22,293 bases of DNA from Ginkgo biloba (lineage: Eukaryota; Plantae; Ginkgophyta), in assembly GCA_024626585.2 (NCBI GenBank), contig JANKJI020000002.1, forward strand, positions 106,720,318 through 106,742,610. Direction: 5' to 3'. The position numbers and the translations under genes were made by a program. Positions 1 to 9,594 of this stretch are shown one piece after another. A model generated the notes under the pieces. The model saw only the letters and a list, made by a program, of their open reading frames with translations. It ran no database searches and was not told where the DNA came from. How positions within the stretch are numbered: position 1 is the first letter of the stretch; each line of letters opens with the position of its first letter.

Positions 1-1130
1 AAAAATAACAATCCACTAGAAGACATACACAAAAGTAATTATAAGGCACTTCTTAACTGGAGAAATCCTCATGGGGAATAAAACTCCAGGTTTATTCACA
101 AAATGAATACTACATCAAATACACTGGCTCTATGACCATTCCTTGCTTATGGAAGTCATCACATGAAGTTATAGGGATAAAGTGCTAAATTGAGCTAAGC
201 CCTAAAATCTTGAGCTACCTCACTCAGTGATATGCTCAGTCATTTGGCCATAATCGCTACTTGAATATGTCTCAACTTGCTCCATACCTTCTATAGGTAT
301 CCACACATGCTCAATACATCCAACTCCATTCTCCATGGTTCATAACACTACAATCAAACTCTAGGAAAGGCGTTCAGGGTTTAACACCCCTACTCATAAC
401 ATTTCCACTGGTAACTATCCTCGTGGCCTCCACCATGAGTCCAAACCTTTGATAACTGCCATCCAAGGTTCTAAACCTTGACCCCCAAAGTTAATTATCC
501 CCATTGATGTGCTTCCACACAATCACTCCCCTGTTCAACACTTTTGACTCCTTGCTCATAGTTCTGCAACCACTCTCTCCATCTCTTTCATTGTAAACCA
601 TGCTAACTCATACTTAGCCAAATATTCAATTTACCAGCCAACCAACCCTTTTCTCCTCTACAAATTGGCTTTTATAGATGAACCTTAATCATCTCAACAA
701 CTAGGATCAAAGACACCTCCTTAGGTTCCAATGATTGAATTAGGTGGATATTAACACCCTTAACAACTCCCACTATTAATGTTGTAATGGCACTCTAGTG
801 TTCCCTTTCTTTGCCTATATTCATCTTCCTTAGTCACCTCGTAGGTGGATAATTAATTGTATGCTAATGTTCACATGTGTGTCTTTCTTATTCATCCTCT
901 GGGTGCATGTATTTGCATTTATCATGTTAGGTGACTGGTTCATCAACCCTTCATCCTATGTTGGTCTCTAACATAACTACCTGACATAGATTTTTTACTA
1001 GATTCCTTGACATTGGCTTCCACAAGTTAAAATTCATGACGGTCACATTCATCTCCCATCTGACATGAATTTTAACCGAACCTAAAAATTGGACACACAT
1101 ACTAGATAATCTCATAGTCAAACACTCACA
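1..1130 (-). mobile_element. Possible degenerate LTR remnant, reverse orientation
   Basis: Non-coding and C-rich on the + strand. CTGGAG...CTCCAG hairpin at 57-89 resembles the motif near the 3' end of plant LTRs. A reverse TATA (ttttatag) lies near 670-677. Boundaries are not defined. Confidence 0.3.
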
Positions 1131-1141
1131 TAGGTCTTGAT

Positions 1142-2114
1142 CCAATATGTCCTATTTTATGGATTAATAAGTTAGAAACTTATTTTTTCCTTAAAAAATC
1201 TTGGATAGATAAAGAAAAAATAGACTTTGCTTCCTGATGCTTGAGTACAAAACCAATGAGATGGTATCTAAGATTGAAAAGTTATGGGGGTGGCTCATGG
1301 TTGGAATTTTTAAGAGAGTTCTATAATAGATATATAAATAGAAAATTCTCAATTCAAATAGGATCATTGTGGGACTATGTTTATAAATTTGATATAACAA
1401 AATGGTTTGCAGGCCTAAAAAATTATAAATTATTATAATTATTTAGGGGTAGTCTTAGAGATGATAAATTACTTAAAAGGATTAGTTTAGTACCATTCCT
1501 ATCAAGAAGATTTTCAAGAATAATATAAATATAAAAATATTAATTAAGGGATGATCTTTTAAATATAATAGAATCAATGGTATTCACTCCAAAATAAGAA
1601 AATGAATCATGGAAAAAGGAGGTTGAAGAATGTCAAGTAGAAGAGATAAGAGACAGTGAAGGTAATAATGGTTCTCTAATTTAGGATAAATAATAAAAAG
1701 GATAATTTTTAGAGTCAAAGAGACCAAGTGACAAATAAGGATAAGAAGAGGGTGAATGTAAAGAGTTAGAGAATATAACCTATAAAGAGGAAAAAGAAGG
1801 ATATTGTGAGGAGGTGGAGCCTATCAATGATGAAGACAAAGGAAAGGATGAAGAGAAATTTCAAGAAGAGTATATTATTAAAGAAGCACATAAGAAGAAA
1901 ATAGAATTTAAGTATGATAATAGTGATGATAGAATGCACACAAGGAAGGTAGAAGTCTCACCAACATCAATGGAAGTACTACTAAGGTTTGACACATTCA
2001 AGGTTCATGGGCAAATACAAAAATCCAAAGTACTCATGATGGTACATGCTAGAGCTACACTAAATTTCATGGATAGAAAGAAAGTTAAACGATTGGGATT
2101 ACAAGTCAAGGGAC
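1142..2114 (+). mobile_element. Ty3/gypsy gag-protease pseudogene fragment (chromovirus-like motifs)
   Basis: The frame from 1142 reads PICPILWINKLETYFFLKKSWIDKEKIDFAS*CLSTKPMRWYLRLKSYGGGSWLEFLREFYNRY...QIGSLWDYVYKFD, a Retrotrans_gag pattern. About 1990-2110 reads TFKVHGQIQKSKVLMMVHARATLNFMDRKKVKRLGL, a retropepsin with the D-S-G-A-T-H-N-F motif decayed to HARATLNF. Confidence 0.85.
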
Positions 2115-2544
2115 NNNNNNNNNNNNNNNNNNNNNNNNNNNNNNNNNNNNNNNNNNNNNNNNNNNNNNNNNNNNNNNNNNNNNNNNNNNNNNNNNNNNNN
2201 NNNNNNNNNNNNNNTTTTCTTTTAAAAGGATGAAGAATGGGGTTTTCCATATTTATTCAAAGATTAAGCTTTGGCTCAAGTGTTGAATTGTGTATACATA
2301 TCATATTAGTAAGGATATCGAAAAACATATCACAATAATCCATATCTATGACATAGCATATAAATATATTAATGTATGCATTAATTACAAACTTAATTAT
2401 GAAAACCTTTTACACTTTTATTTTATACCATTTTAAATAATTCTATCCTAATGTGTAAGGAGATGGGTGTTTCTCTATAGGAAGATAGAGAGTGTCCATT
2501 ATAGAAGCAGAAATAAGATTTTTCATACTTTTATTATTAAAATC

Positions 2545-3450
2545 TACATTGACTAACTAGTTCTTTACTTGGGTGATTTGAATGAATACGGTTTGTCATT
2601 CTTCTTTTTGTGTTAGAAGAAGACATAAGAGTAAGGTTAGGACCCACTGTCATTCATCCATTAAGATTGACAACTTTATATTATTCTTCTTCCTTATTTA
2701 TCACCAAGGATTTTGATTGGAGCCTTTGCTACTTTTTGTAAGTCCAACATTCATCTTTGCTATGACCAAAAAAATTATGAAATTCATAATACTTTTTATT
2801 TTTAGAATTATTAGATGAAATTTATGTTTGGAAAAATTCCCTTTAGAGTTGTCATATGGATNNNNNNNNNNNNNNNNNNNNNNNNNNNNNNNNNNNNNNN
2901 NNNNNNNNNNNNNNNNNNNNNNNNNNNNNNNNNNNNNNNNNNNNNNNNNNNNNNNGAAAGTGAAGGATTTATCTAAGATTGGAATTTTTAAAAATTCCAA
3001 CTCTTATTATATGGAAGAGTATAACTAGCTAATAAATTTCAAGATCTTCTCTTACTCTTAATCTCCCTTAGATAGTCTAATGTTGAATTACATGAAGGTA
3101 GTGCTATATTTTTGCACACTTTAACCCTTTTCTTATCATAACTAGTGTCACTTTTTCTTTAAGTTATATAAGTAATTACTGGGATATAATCTTTTGTAGA
3201 TCTTCCTAAACTATAATTAGTTTATTTGTAGTAACTAAATGGGTAGTACAATGAGCATACCACCATNNNNNNNNNNNNNNNNNNNNNNNNNNNTCTTCCT
3301 CTTAGAAAACATAATTTTTTTTCATTAACATATGACTAGACTTTAAAATATACCTTAATGTCTCAAATCCAATCATCCAATATTTAAACATTGATGACCC
3401 TATTGTAGGGTTTAATATCCATCTTGATATTGACTTGATCAAAGGTGCAG
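2545..3450 (-). mobile_element. Ty3/gypsy gag pseudogene fragment with a degenerate zinc knuckle
   Basis: The minus strand reads DQVNIKMDIKPYNRVINV*ILDDWI*DIKVYFKV, then WWY and SVQKYSTTF (QSVQEYxxEF-like). At 2792-2744 it reads YYEFHNFFGHSKDECW (GHxxxxC knuckle). Many stops, frameshifts and gaps. Confidence 0.7.
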
Positions 3451-3617
3451 TTTGCATTTTCTTATAAGTAGGAGTGTGGAATTGTATGGAACTCTATGCT
3501 TTTATGACTTGAATTAGNNNNNNNNNNNNNNNNNNNNNNNNNNNNNNNNNNNNNNNNNNNNNNNNNNNNNNNNNNNNNNNNNNNNNNNNNNNNNNNNNNN
3601 NNNNNNNNNNNNNNNNN

Positions 3618-3960
3618 ATGGTATTAATCCTAGTATTTGCCAAGAAATGATTTCTTCATGTCTTTCTGGGTTTTAATGGATCCTTCAAGAAGACCCATGA
3701 ACCATCTAAGAAAAGAACTTTTCAACGTGATTGGAAATAGCTTCAACTTTTGCTCATTGATTAAATAATCATAGCTACAACACAAGATGTCAAATTCAAA
3801 TAAAAAATCATTTGGATCTTCATTCATTTTTCCCAAGAACATAGGAAAAGCATTGTAAGAAATATACTTCATGGGGTTTAACTTTGTGTTGCCTCTTACC
3901 TCGATAGGAAATCCAATGGTTCCAAATTTAAAACCTCCTTCTTATGCAGCCATTTATGCT
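3618..3960 (-). mobile_element. Athila/Tat-type Ty3/gypsy gag N-terminal fragment
   Basis: GTIGFPIEVRGNTKLNPMKYISYNAFPMFLGKMNEDPNDFLFEFDILCCSYDYLINEQKLKLFPITLKSSFLRWFMGLLEGSIKTQKDMKKSFLGKY shows the typical F-x-G...EDP...KLKLFP.TL...RWF gag motif. It is truncated by a stop and the gap. Confidence 0.85.
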
Positions 3961-5025
3961 CTTTCCTTTATCTCCCATATAGAGTAGTGCGGAGAACTTA
4001 GAACCATCCATTTCTTTCAGAATTCTCCCAGACTNNNNNNNNNNNNNNNNNNNNNNNNNNNNNNNNNNNNNNNGATTCAGAACTGCTTCTCCTCTCAACC
4101 CAGGATCTGGAGGAAACTTCTGTTGATTTGTCTTGTATCTTAAGATCTCTCAAAACATCTAAAATATTTTCTACCTAATTCATATATATTGTTGACTCCA
4201 AAGGGTTTCTAATTTTGATGTTCTAGAGTCCTGTTGGAGACCCCTGAGAGACCTTCTTCTTACTACAATTCTTCAGGGCACTTTGAATCACCATAGGACT
4301 TTTCATATCTCCTCAAAGGTTTCCCTAGAATGAGTGGTACCAAACACTACCAATACTTCAATTTTTAGTGCCATCATACTCCATGCTCAAGTTAAAACTT
4401 ATTGCAAGATAAAAATAAAAAATAAAAAATAAAGAAGTAAATTAAAAAAAATTGAACTTGCCAACAAACCTCTAATACTAATTAGGGTGTCCTAGAATAT
4501 GGATTTCTGAATGATATTCCAAGAATGAGTGAGAATAATACTTTTATCTAGATGCACCCAAGGTATACTTAAAAATCTAAAAGAAGATATTCATCTACTT
4601 TTGGATGTCAACTAAGGATAATCAACGATGACTTGGATTGAGGTGTTTTTTATTGAAATGGAATTCCATAAAAGTTCTATCCTTGAATGAAGAACAACTA
4701 TTTGTGTTGTTTATAGGCATGATACACTATGTGGGAGTGTGCACTCAGGTGTCACATTGTATAGAAGCACATACTTAATTGGAACTACTCTAAATTTTTA
4801 AAAAATATGACAAACTATTTTTTAAGAACTCTCAAACTTAGTTCTTTGACAAACATGTGGCATAGGGAAGAATTTGATTATGATAAAGATAAAATACACT
4901 TTTGTTTCCTTTAATATTTGAGAAAACTTTAGAAGGAATCAGAATCTACAAGATGTTATGGATACAAGATGCAAACTTTAAAAGTTAGTCGATATCCAAA
5001 ACCTTAATTTCAACTCTCAATAATC
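3961..5025 (-). mobile_element. Probable 5' leader/LTR-side region of the element carrying the 3618-3960 gag
   Basis: Non-coding sequence directly upstream of gag on the minus strand, with an (AAAAAT)n tract near 4411-4433. No PBS or LTR end could be identified. Confidence 0.3.
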
Positions 5026-5125
5026 NNNNNNNNNNNNNNNNNNNNNNNNNNNNNNNNNNNNNNNNNNNNNNNNNNNNNNNNNNNNNNNNNNNNNNNNNNN
5101 NNNNNNNNNNNNNNNNNNNNNNNNN

Positions 5126-5955
5126 CTTAAGTCTACTCTAGCTAAATATCATCAAATGATTCTCCAATATTTTGGAGAAAAAGAAGGAATTAGGAAAATA
5201 AATGTTCACACAAGATTGGTTGTGGATGAGAGGAAAATAAGCACATGAAAGGTAAGGGAAAATGTAGTGTATTCATAACAAAATTATGAATACTAATGAA
5301 AGTTATTAGGGTACCCAGATATAAGGTGAGACAAATTGTAAAGAATTTAATAAATTATCTTAGGAATTTTTTTGAAGAAAGGTGAATTGATAATGTGGAT
5401 GGAGTGAACTTGCCAGCCTTATAAGAAAAAATTTGATAAGGAGAGAGATCTAACTTGGGAAAATCTAGATAAGGTAAGAGAGCTTCCTGTGACTGAGGAG
5501 ATAAAGGTTGATGAAGAAGTTATCCTCAAGCAATTAGATGAAATAGGCGACAGAAATAAGCAGTTAGATGTAAAGGCCAAGGAGATCCAAATTTGTTTGA
5601 GTGTAGTGGACTCAAGAGAGTAAACATTAAATTTTTTTAATGATAAATATAAAGAAAAGAAGGAGGATCACATGTTAGTCATACATGAGAAGGAGGAGCA
5701 ACCATTTTTCAACTATTGAAATGAAAGAAAAAGTAAGAGCTATAAAATATTAATCTAACTCTTAGAAATTTAGATATGTTAACAAAACATGATATAATTA
5801 AAAGATAGTTTATTGCACCAATAAGGTCACAGTCTTCAATTTATACATTTGTAAGAGCAATAAAAACAAAGATTAACAATATAAAGGATCCAAGAGATAT
5901 GATTAGGTTTGTCACAACAAAGATCGAGCCAACAAAAAGAACAATGCCTACTTAA
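5126..5955 (+). pseudogene. Degenerate E/K-rich, coiled-coil-like ORF, probably a retroelement accessory ORF
   Basis: Strong purine bias on the + strand. 5408-5613 is open (KKKFDKERDLTWENLDKVRELPVTEEIKVDEEVILKQLDEIGDRNKQLDVKAKEIQICLSVVDSRE*) and continues in frame after the stop. No recognisable domain. Confidence 0.35.
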
Positions 5956-6017
5956 ACTTTGAAATAAATTTGATACCCAAATTGCATGGAAGTAATTTCA
6001 AATAAGGGTAAGATAAA

Positions 6018-6383
6018 TGTATATAGTTCATGTTTTATTTAGTTTTATTATGTCATGTTTTGATGTAAAGAAAGAATATTCTAAATTTAGAAGGAATATT
6101 CTATTTTAGGAAATGACAAGCATTTATGCATATAAATACATTGTATTTTCTTTAATTCATAAGAATGGGCAAGAGCAATTGTAATGAATGACTGTAATTC
6201 TCCTTAGTCTCTGGGAGTGTTATAAATGATATGTTTATATTGCAATGAATGAATGTAGCATAGTTTAGATAGAAAGGAAGAATGTTGTGACTGCTTACTT
6301 GGTAAGAACTACAGAAATAATAAGTAAACATGTATCCACGTAATCTAGGTTTAAATCTCATCAAGGTGTCTCTTCCACTATCA
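6018..6383 (+). mobile_element. Possible short LTR
   Basis: A purine-rich AAGGGTAAGATAAA precedes TGT at 6018. TATAAATA lies at about 6131-6138 and the segment ends ...CTATCA at 6383. There is no second copy in the window to confirm it. Confidence 0.25.
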
Positions 6384-6446
6384 ATAAAAAAAAAAAATTC
6401 CCACAACGTTCAAATATAAGGGCTTTAATAACTCACCATTAGTACT

Positions 6447-6938
6447 TTAGGCATTCACTAACTGTTCACTAGCTTGTTCCATTCTATTACTAATGGCCTT
6501 ACTAAATGGCTCAATGTCATTATTAAAAAAATGCTTGTCATATATATTAATCCTCAACATACTGATTGGGACTAATTTTTTCCTCTTACCGTCCTTGCCT
6601 ATAATATATTTGTTCAAGCTTCTACTCATATTTTACCTTTTTGTGCTTTATATGGTTAAGACCCCATCTTATCTCCAATAGTAAAGTAACAATATCACTA
6701 TAATCTTTGTCTATCTATGTTGGCTTAGTATGACCATTTAATATCTAATTTACCTATGTTACACTTAGCTCCATTGTGTAACCTTTCTATAGCTTAATAA
6801 CTAGAGAAATTATACCATGATCAAGTTCATATGTTTTAACTAGGTAATTTAGTGTTGGTTTATTACCCATTATGAAAATAGGGTCTCTTCAAGAGTTTGG
6901 TATATTAATGGCCAAGTTCGTCTAGAGTGCATTTCTTA
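6447..6938 (+). mobile_element. Ty3/gypsy integrase pseudogene (C-terminal catalytic core plus GPY/F region)
   Basis: One frame reads LGIH*LFTSLFHSITNGLTKWLNVIIKKMLVIYINPQHTDWD*FFPLTVLAYNIFVQASTHILPFCALYG*DP...F*LGNLVLVYYPL*K*GLFKSLVY*WPSSSRV. This matches the TSxYHPxTNGxxERxN...DWDxxLPxxxFAYN...TPF..LYG...GDLVL...KL...W.GPY consensus, with 11 in-frame stops. Confidence 0.88.
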
Positions 6939-8811
6939 NNNNNNNNNNNNNNNNNNNNNNNNNNNNNNNNNNNNNNNNNNNNNNNNNNNNNNNNNNNNNN
7001 NNNNNNNNNNNNNNNNNNNNNNNNNNNNNNNNNNNNNNNNNNNNNNNNNNNNNNNNNNNNNNNNNNNNNNNNNNNNNNNNNNNNNNNNNNNNNNNNNNNN
7101 NNNNNNNNNNNNNNNNNNNNNNNNNNNNNNNNNNNNNNNNNNNNNNNNNNNNNNNNNNNNNNNNNNNNNNNNNNNNNNNNNNNNNNNNNNNNNNNNNNNN
7201 NNNNNNNNNNNNNNNNNNNNNNNNNNNNNNNNNNNNNNNNNNNNNNNNNNNNNNNNNNNNNNNNNNNNNNNNNNNNNNNNNNNNNNNNNNNNNNNNNNNN
7301 NNNNNNNNNNNNNNNNNNNNNNNNNNNNNNNNNNNNNNNNNNNNNNNNNNNNNNNNNNNNNNNNNNNNNNNNNNNNNNNNNNNNNNNNNNNNNNNNNNNN
7401 NNNNNNNNNNNNNNNNNNNNNNNNNNNNNNNNNNNNNNNNNNNNNNNNNNNNNNNNNNNNNNNACACATACTATTTAGTGTCATAATCACGTCTAGCTAA
7501 TTGTTTGATATGCATTATATTTTTTAAATGTATGAAAGAGCATAATATATGATGTGTTTTTAATAAATGAAGTGTGGCTTATTTATACATCCGAATACCT
7601 CCTTACTCTTGGTTGAAACCCATAAATTAGATGACATTTTAGTGACGTACCAATAGTCATAAACTCAAGGTAGAAAACCTATGCCATAAACAAAGAAGAG
7701 TCTTCCCCACCATTTTATTACCCTACCATCATTATCTTCTTCCCTATTCTTTATCAAACTAATGATTTGATTCATTCTACAAATCATAATATTCTATAAG
7801 GTAATGTGATTGTGTGCTTCTTGTTAAAAAACATAAATGATGTGATAACTTTCTAAATTATCACTCATATGTACTTTTTATATAAAAGGATTCAAATCTA
7901 AATAAAATCTTCATATATTGACACACATCACCTTATGAAATTCAATCATAATGGCATGGATAATGGAGGTTTTAGTCTTATAAAAAAATGCCATCATAAG
8001 GGGGTATAATTATCATGTCTTTACGTTTCATCGAATAAAATTTATATCAAAATCTAATTAACGTAAAAAAGGAAAAATGAAAAAATCATATAAATTTTGA
8101 ATACTTCCTTCGCTATAGGGTTAATAGGTTATAAGTAGGCAAACTAATCATAATAGTCCTTTGCAATAGGCAAATACCATTAAGGGCCAGATACAACTAT
8201 AAACAACAAAACCATGCATTATCATTTTATTTGGGTCAAAACTCAATGGTCACAAAGTAAAGTATGGCTAATGGGTAAATGTATCAATGTCCTCTAGTTT
8301 AACCCAAATTGTATAGCAATCTAGCCTAAAAGTATTCATATACTTAAGGATCATGTTCAGAATAAATATATCTCCCACTCAAATGTGGGATTGCATAATA
8401 AGTAAATTAAAGATAGAGTTAGGATACTAATAAACACAGTTAGTTTCATGTGGGAACATATTAGATTTGTGCAAGTCTTTACCACGATAGACACAAAATG
8501 TATCTATATGATCACTCAAGAGAGCATTAAGGACAAGTAAAGTTGGCTTCTTGCAACCCTCTATGCTAATTTGAAGGATATAATATTTTCCTTAATGACN
8601 NNNNNNNNNNNNNNNNNNNNNNNNNNNNNNNNNNNNNNNNNNNNNNNNNNNNNNNNNNNNNNNNNNNNNNNNNNNNNNNNNNNNNNNNNNNNNNNNNNNA
8701 ACTAATTCAACGAAGCAGTGGATTCATACTGGTGATGGATGGACAAACATGCATTGGCATATTTAATTGAGTATATTCAAGTCTTTGTATTGATATTTTT
8801 ATACTAAGTCA

Positions 8812-8930
8812 TAATGGTGACTTGTGAAGTTATCAGTGATTGGGATCATATGTAGTTACTAATCGCTAGAGTCACTTGTAGTCACAAGTCATTAGGGTCC
8901 TATGTAGTTACTAGTCACTAAGTAACTGGA
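8812..8930. repeat. Cluster of short direct and inverted (A)GTCAC(T)-type motifs
   Basis: TATGTAGTTACTA occurs twice (about 8849 and 8901). TGACTTGTGA (8818-8827) is the reverse complement of TCACAAGTCA (8882-8891). AGTCAC/AGTTAC/AATCGC variants recur. Confidence 0.6.
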
Positions 8931-9583
8931 ATGACGGNNNNNNNNNNNNNNNNNNNNNNNNNNNNNNNNNNNNNNNNNNNNNNNNNNNNNNNNNNNNNNN
9001 NNNNNNNNNNNNTCTGACCCAAAAATATCTCATACTTGTAATGAATTCAATGGACAGTTCTTACTTATTAAAGACTTTACAGAGTTATTGGGTATTTGCG
9101 TAAGGGCCCTTGCAAATCCTAACAGTTGTTGGTTGCACCCATAAGTAGGAACTATATGTGTGTTTGATTTGATTATGTTGATTATTTTTAGTAGGTAGAT
9201 ACCTTAGGAAGGAGATGTATTATTATGATAAGAAAAATATATTAATGTTAGTTACTTTCATTCTTCTTTCTCTTTATTTTTATGCTTTAAGATTAGTTGA
9301 TACTTTATTTGTTGTTGAAGTATTCTTTTTAACTATGCAGTATTGAGTTATTTCTTTATATTATATTTATTCTAGTAGGAGATATAATTTACCCTTGTCA
9401 AAATCTTTTGGAGAATTTGGTGAAGGATTTTTTCTGCCTCTCTCAACTTCTAAAGTTAACAACACCCCAAATTGATAATTAATACATGATTGTTGTGAAA
9501 AGAAATTGTGATTTGAGAAGGTGCCATCATAGGTATAGATTTTATAGTTTGTTAAAACCCTTGTTGCAGAGGAGGGGAGATTG

Positions 9584-9592
9584 AAACCCTAA
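9584..9592 (+). promoter_or_regulatory. Telo-box (AAACCCTAA) immediately upstream of the PPR start codon
   Basis: Exact AAACCCTAA at 9584-9592, 2 nt before the ATG. A partial AAAACCCT lies at 9554-9561. Confidence 0.5.
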
Positions 9593-9594
9593 CA

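Noticed and set aside
6447-6681. ORFs 6447-6629 (-) and 6493-6681 (+, hydrophobic)
   Set aside because: Antisense and off-frame shadows of the stop-riddled integrase frame.
6922-7490. ORFs of about 180 aa in the ORF track
   Set aside because: Almost entirely N; artefacts of the gap.
8372-8560. TCCCAC/GTGGGA hairpin and a GFLQP peptide reminiscent of integrase GLLQPL
   Set aside because: No HHCC or other supporting motif could be reconstructed.
8712-8775. KQWIHTGDGWTNM resembling the hAT transposase DGW(T/S) motif
   Set aside because: Too short and lacking flanking motifs; may be chance.
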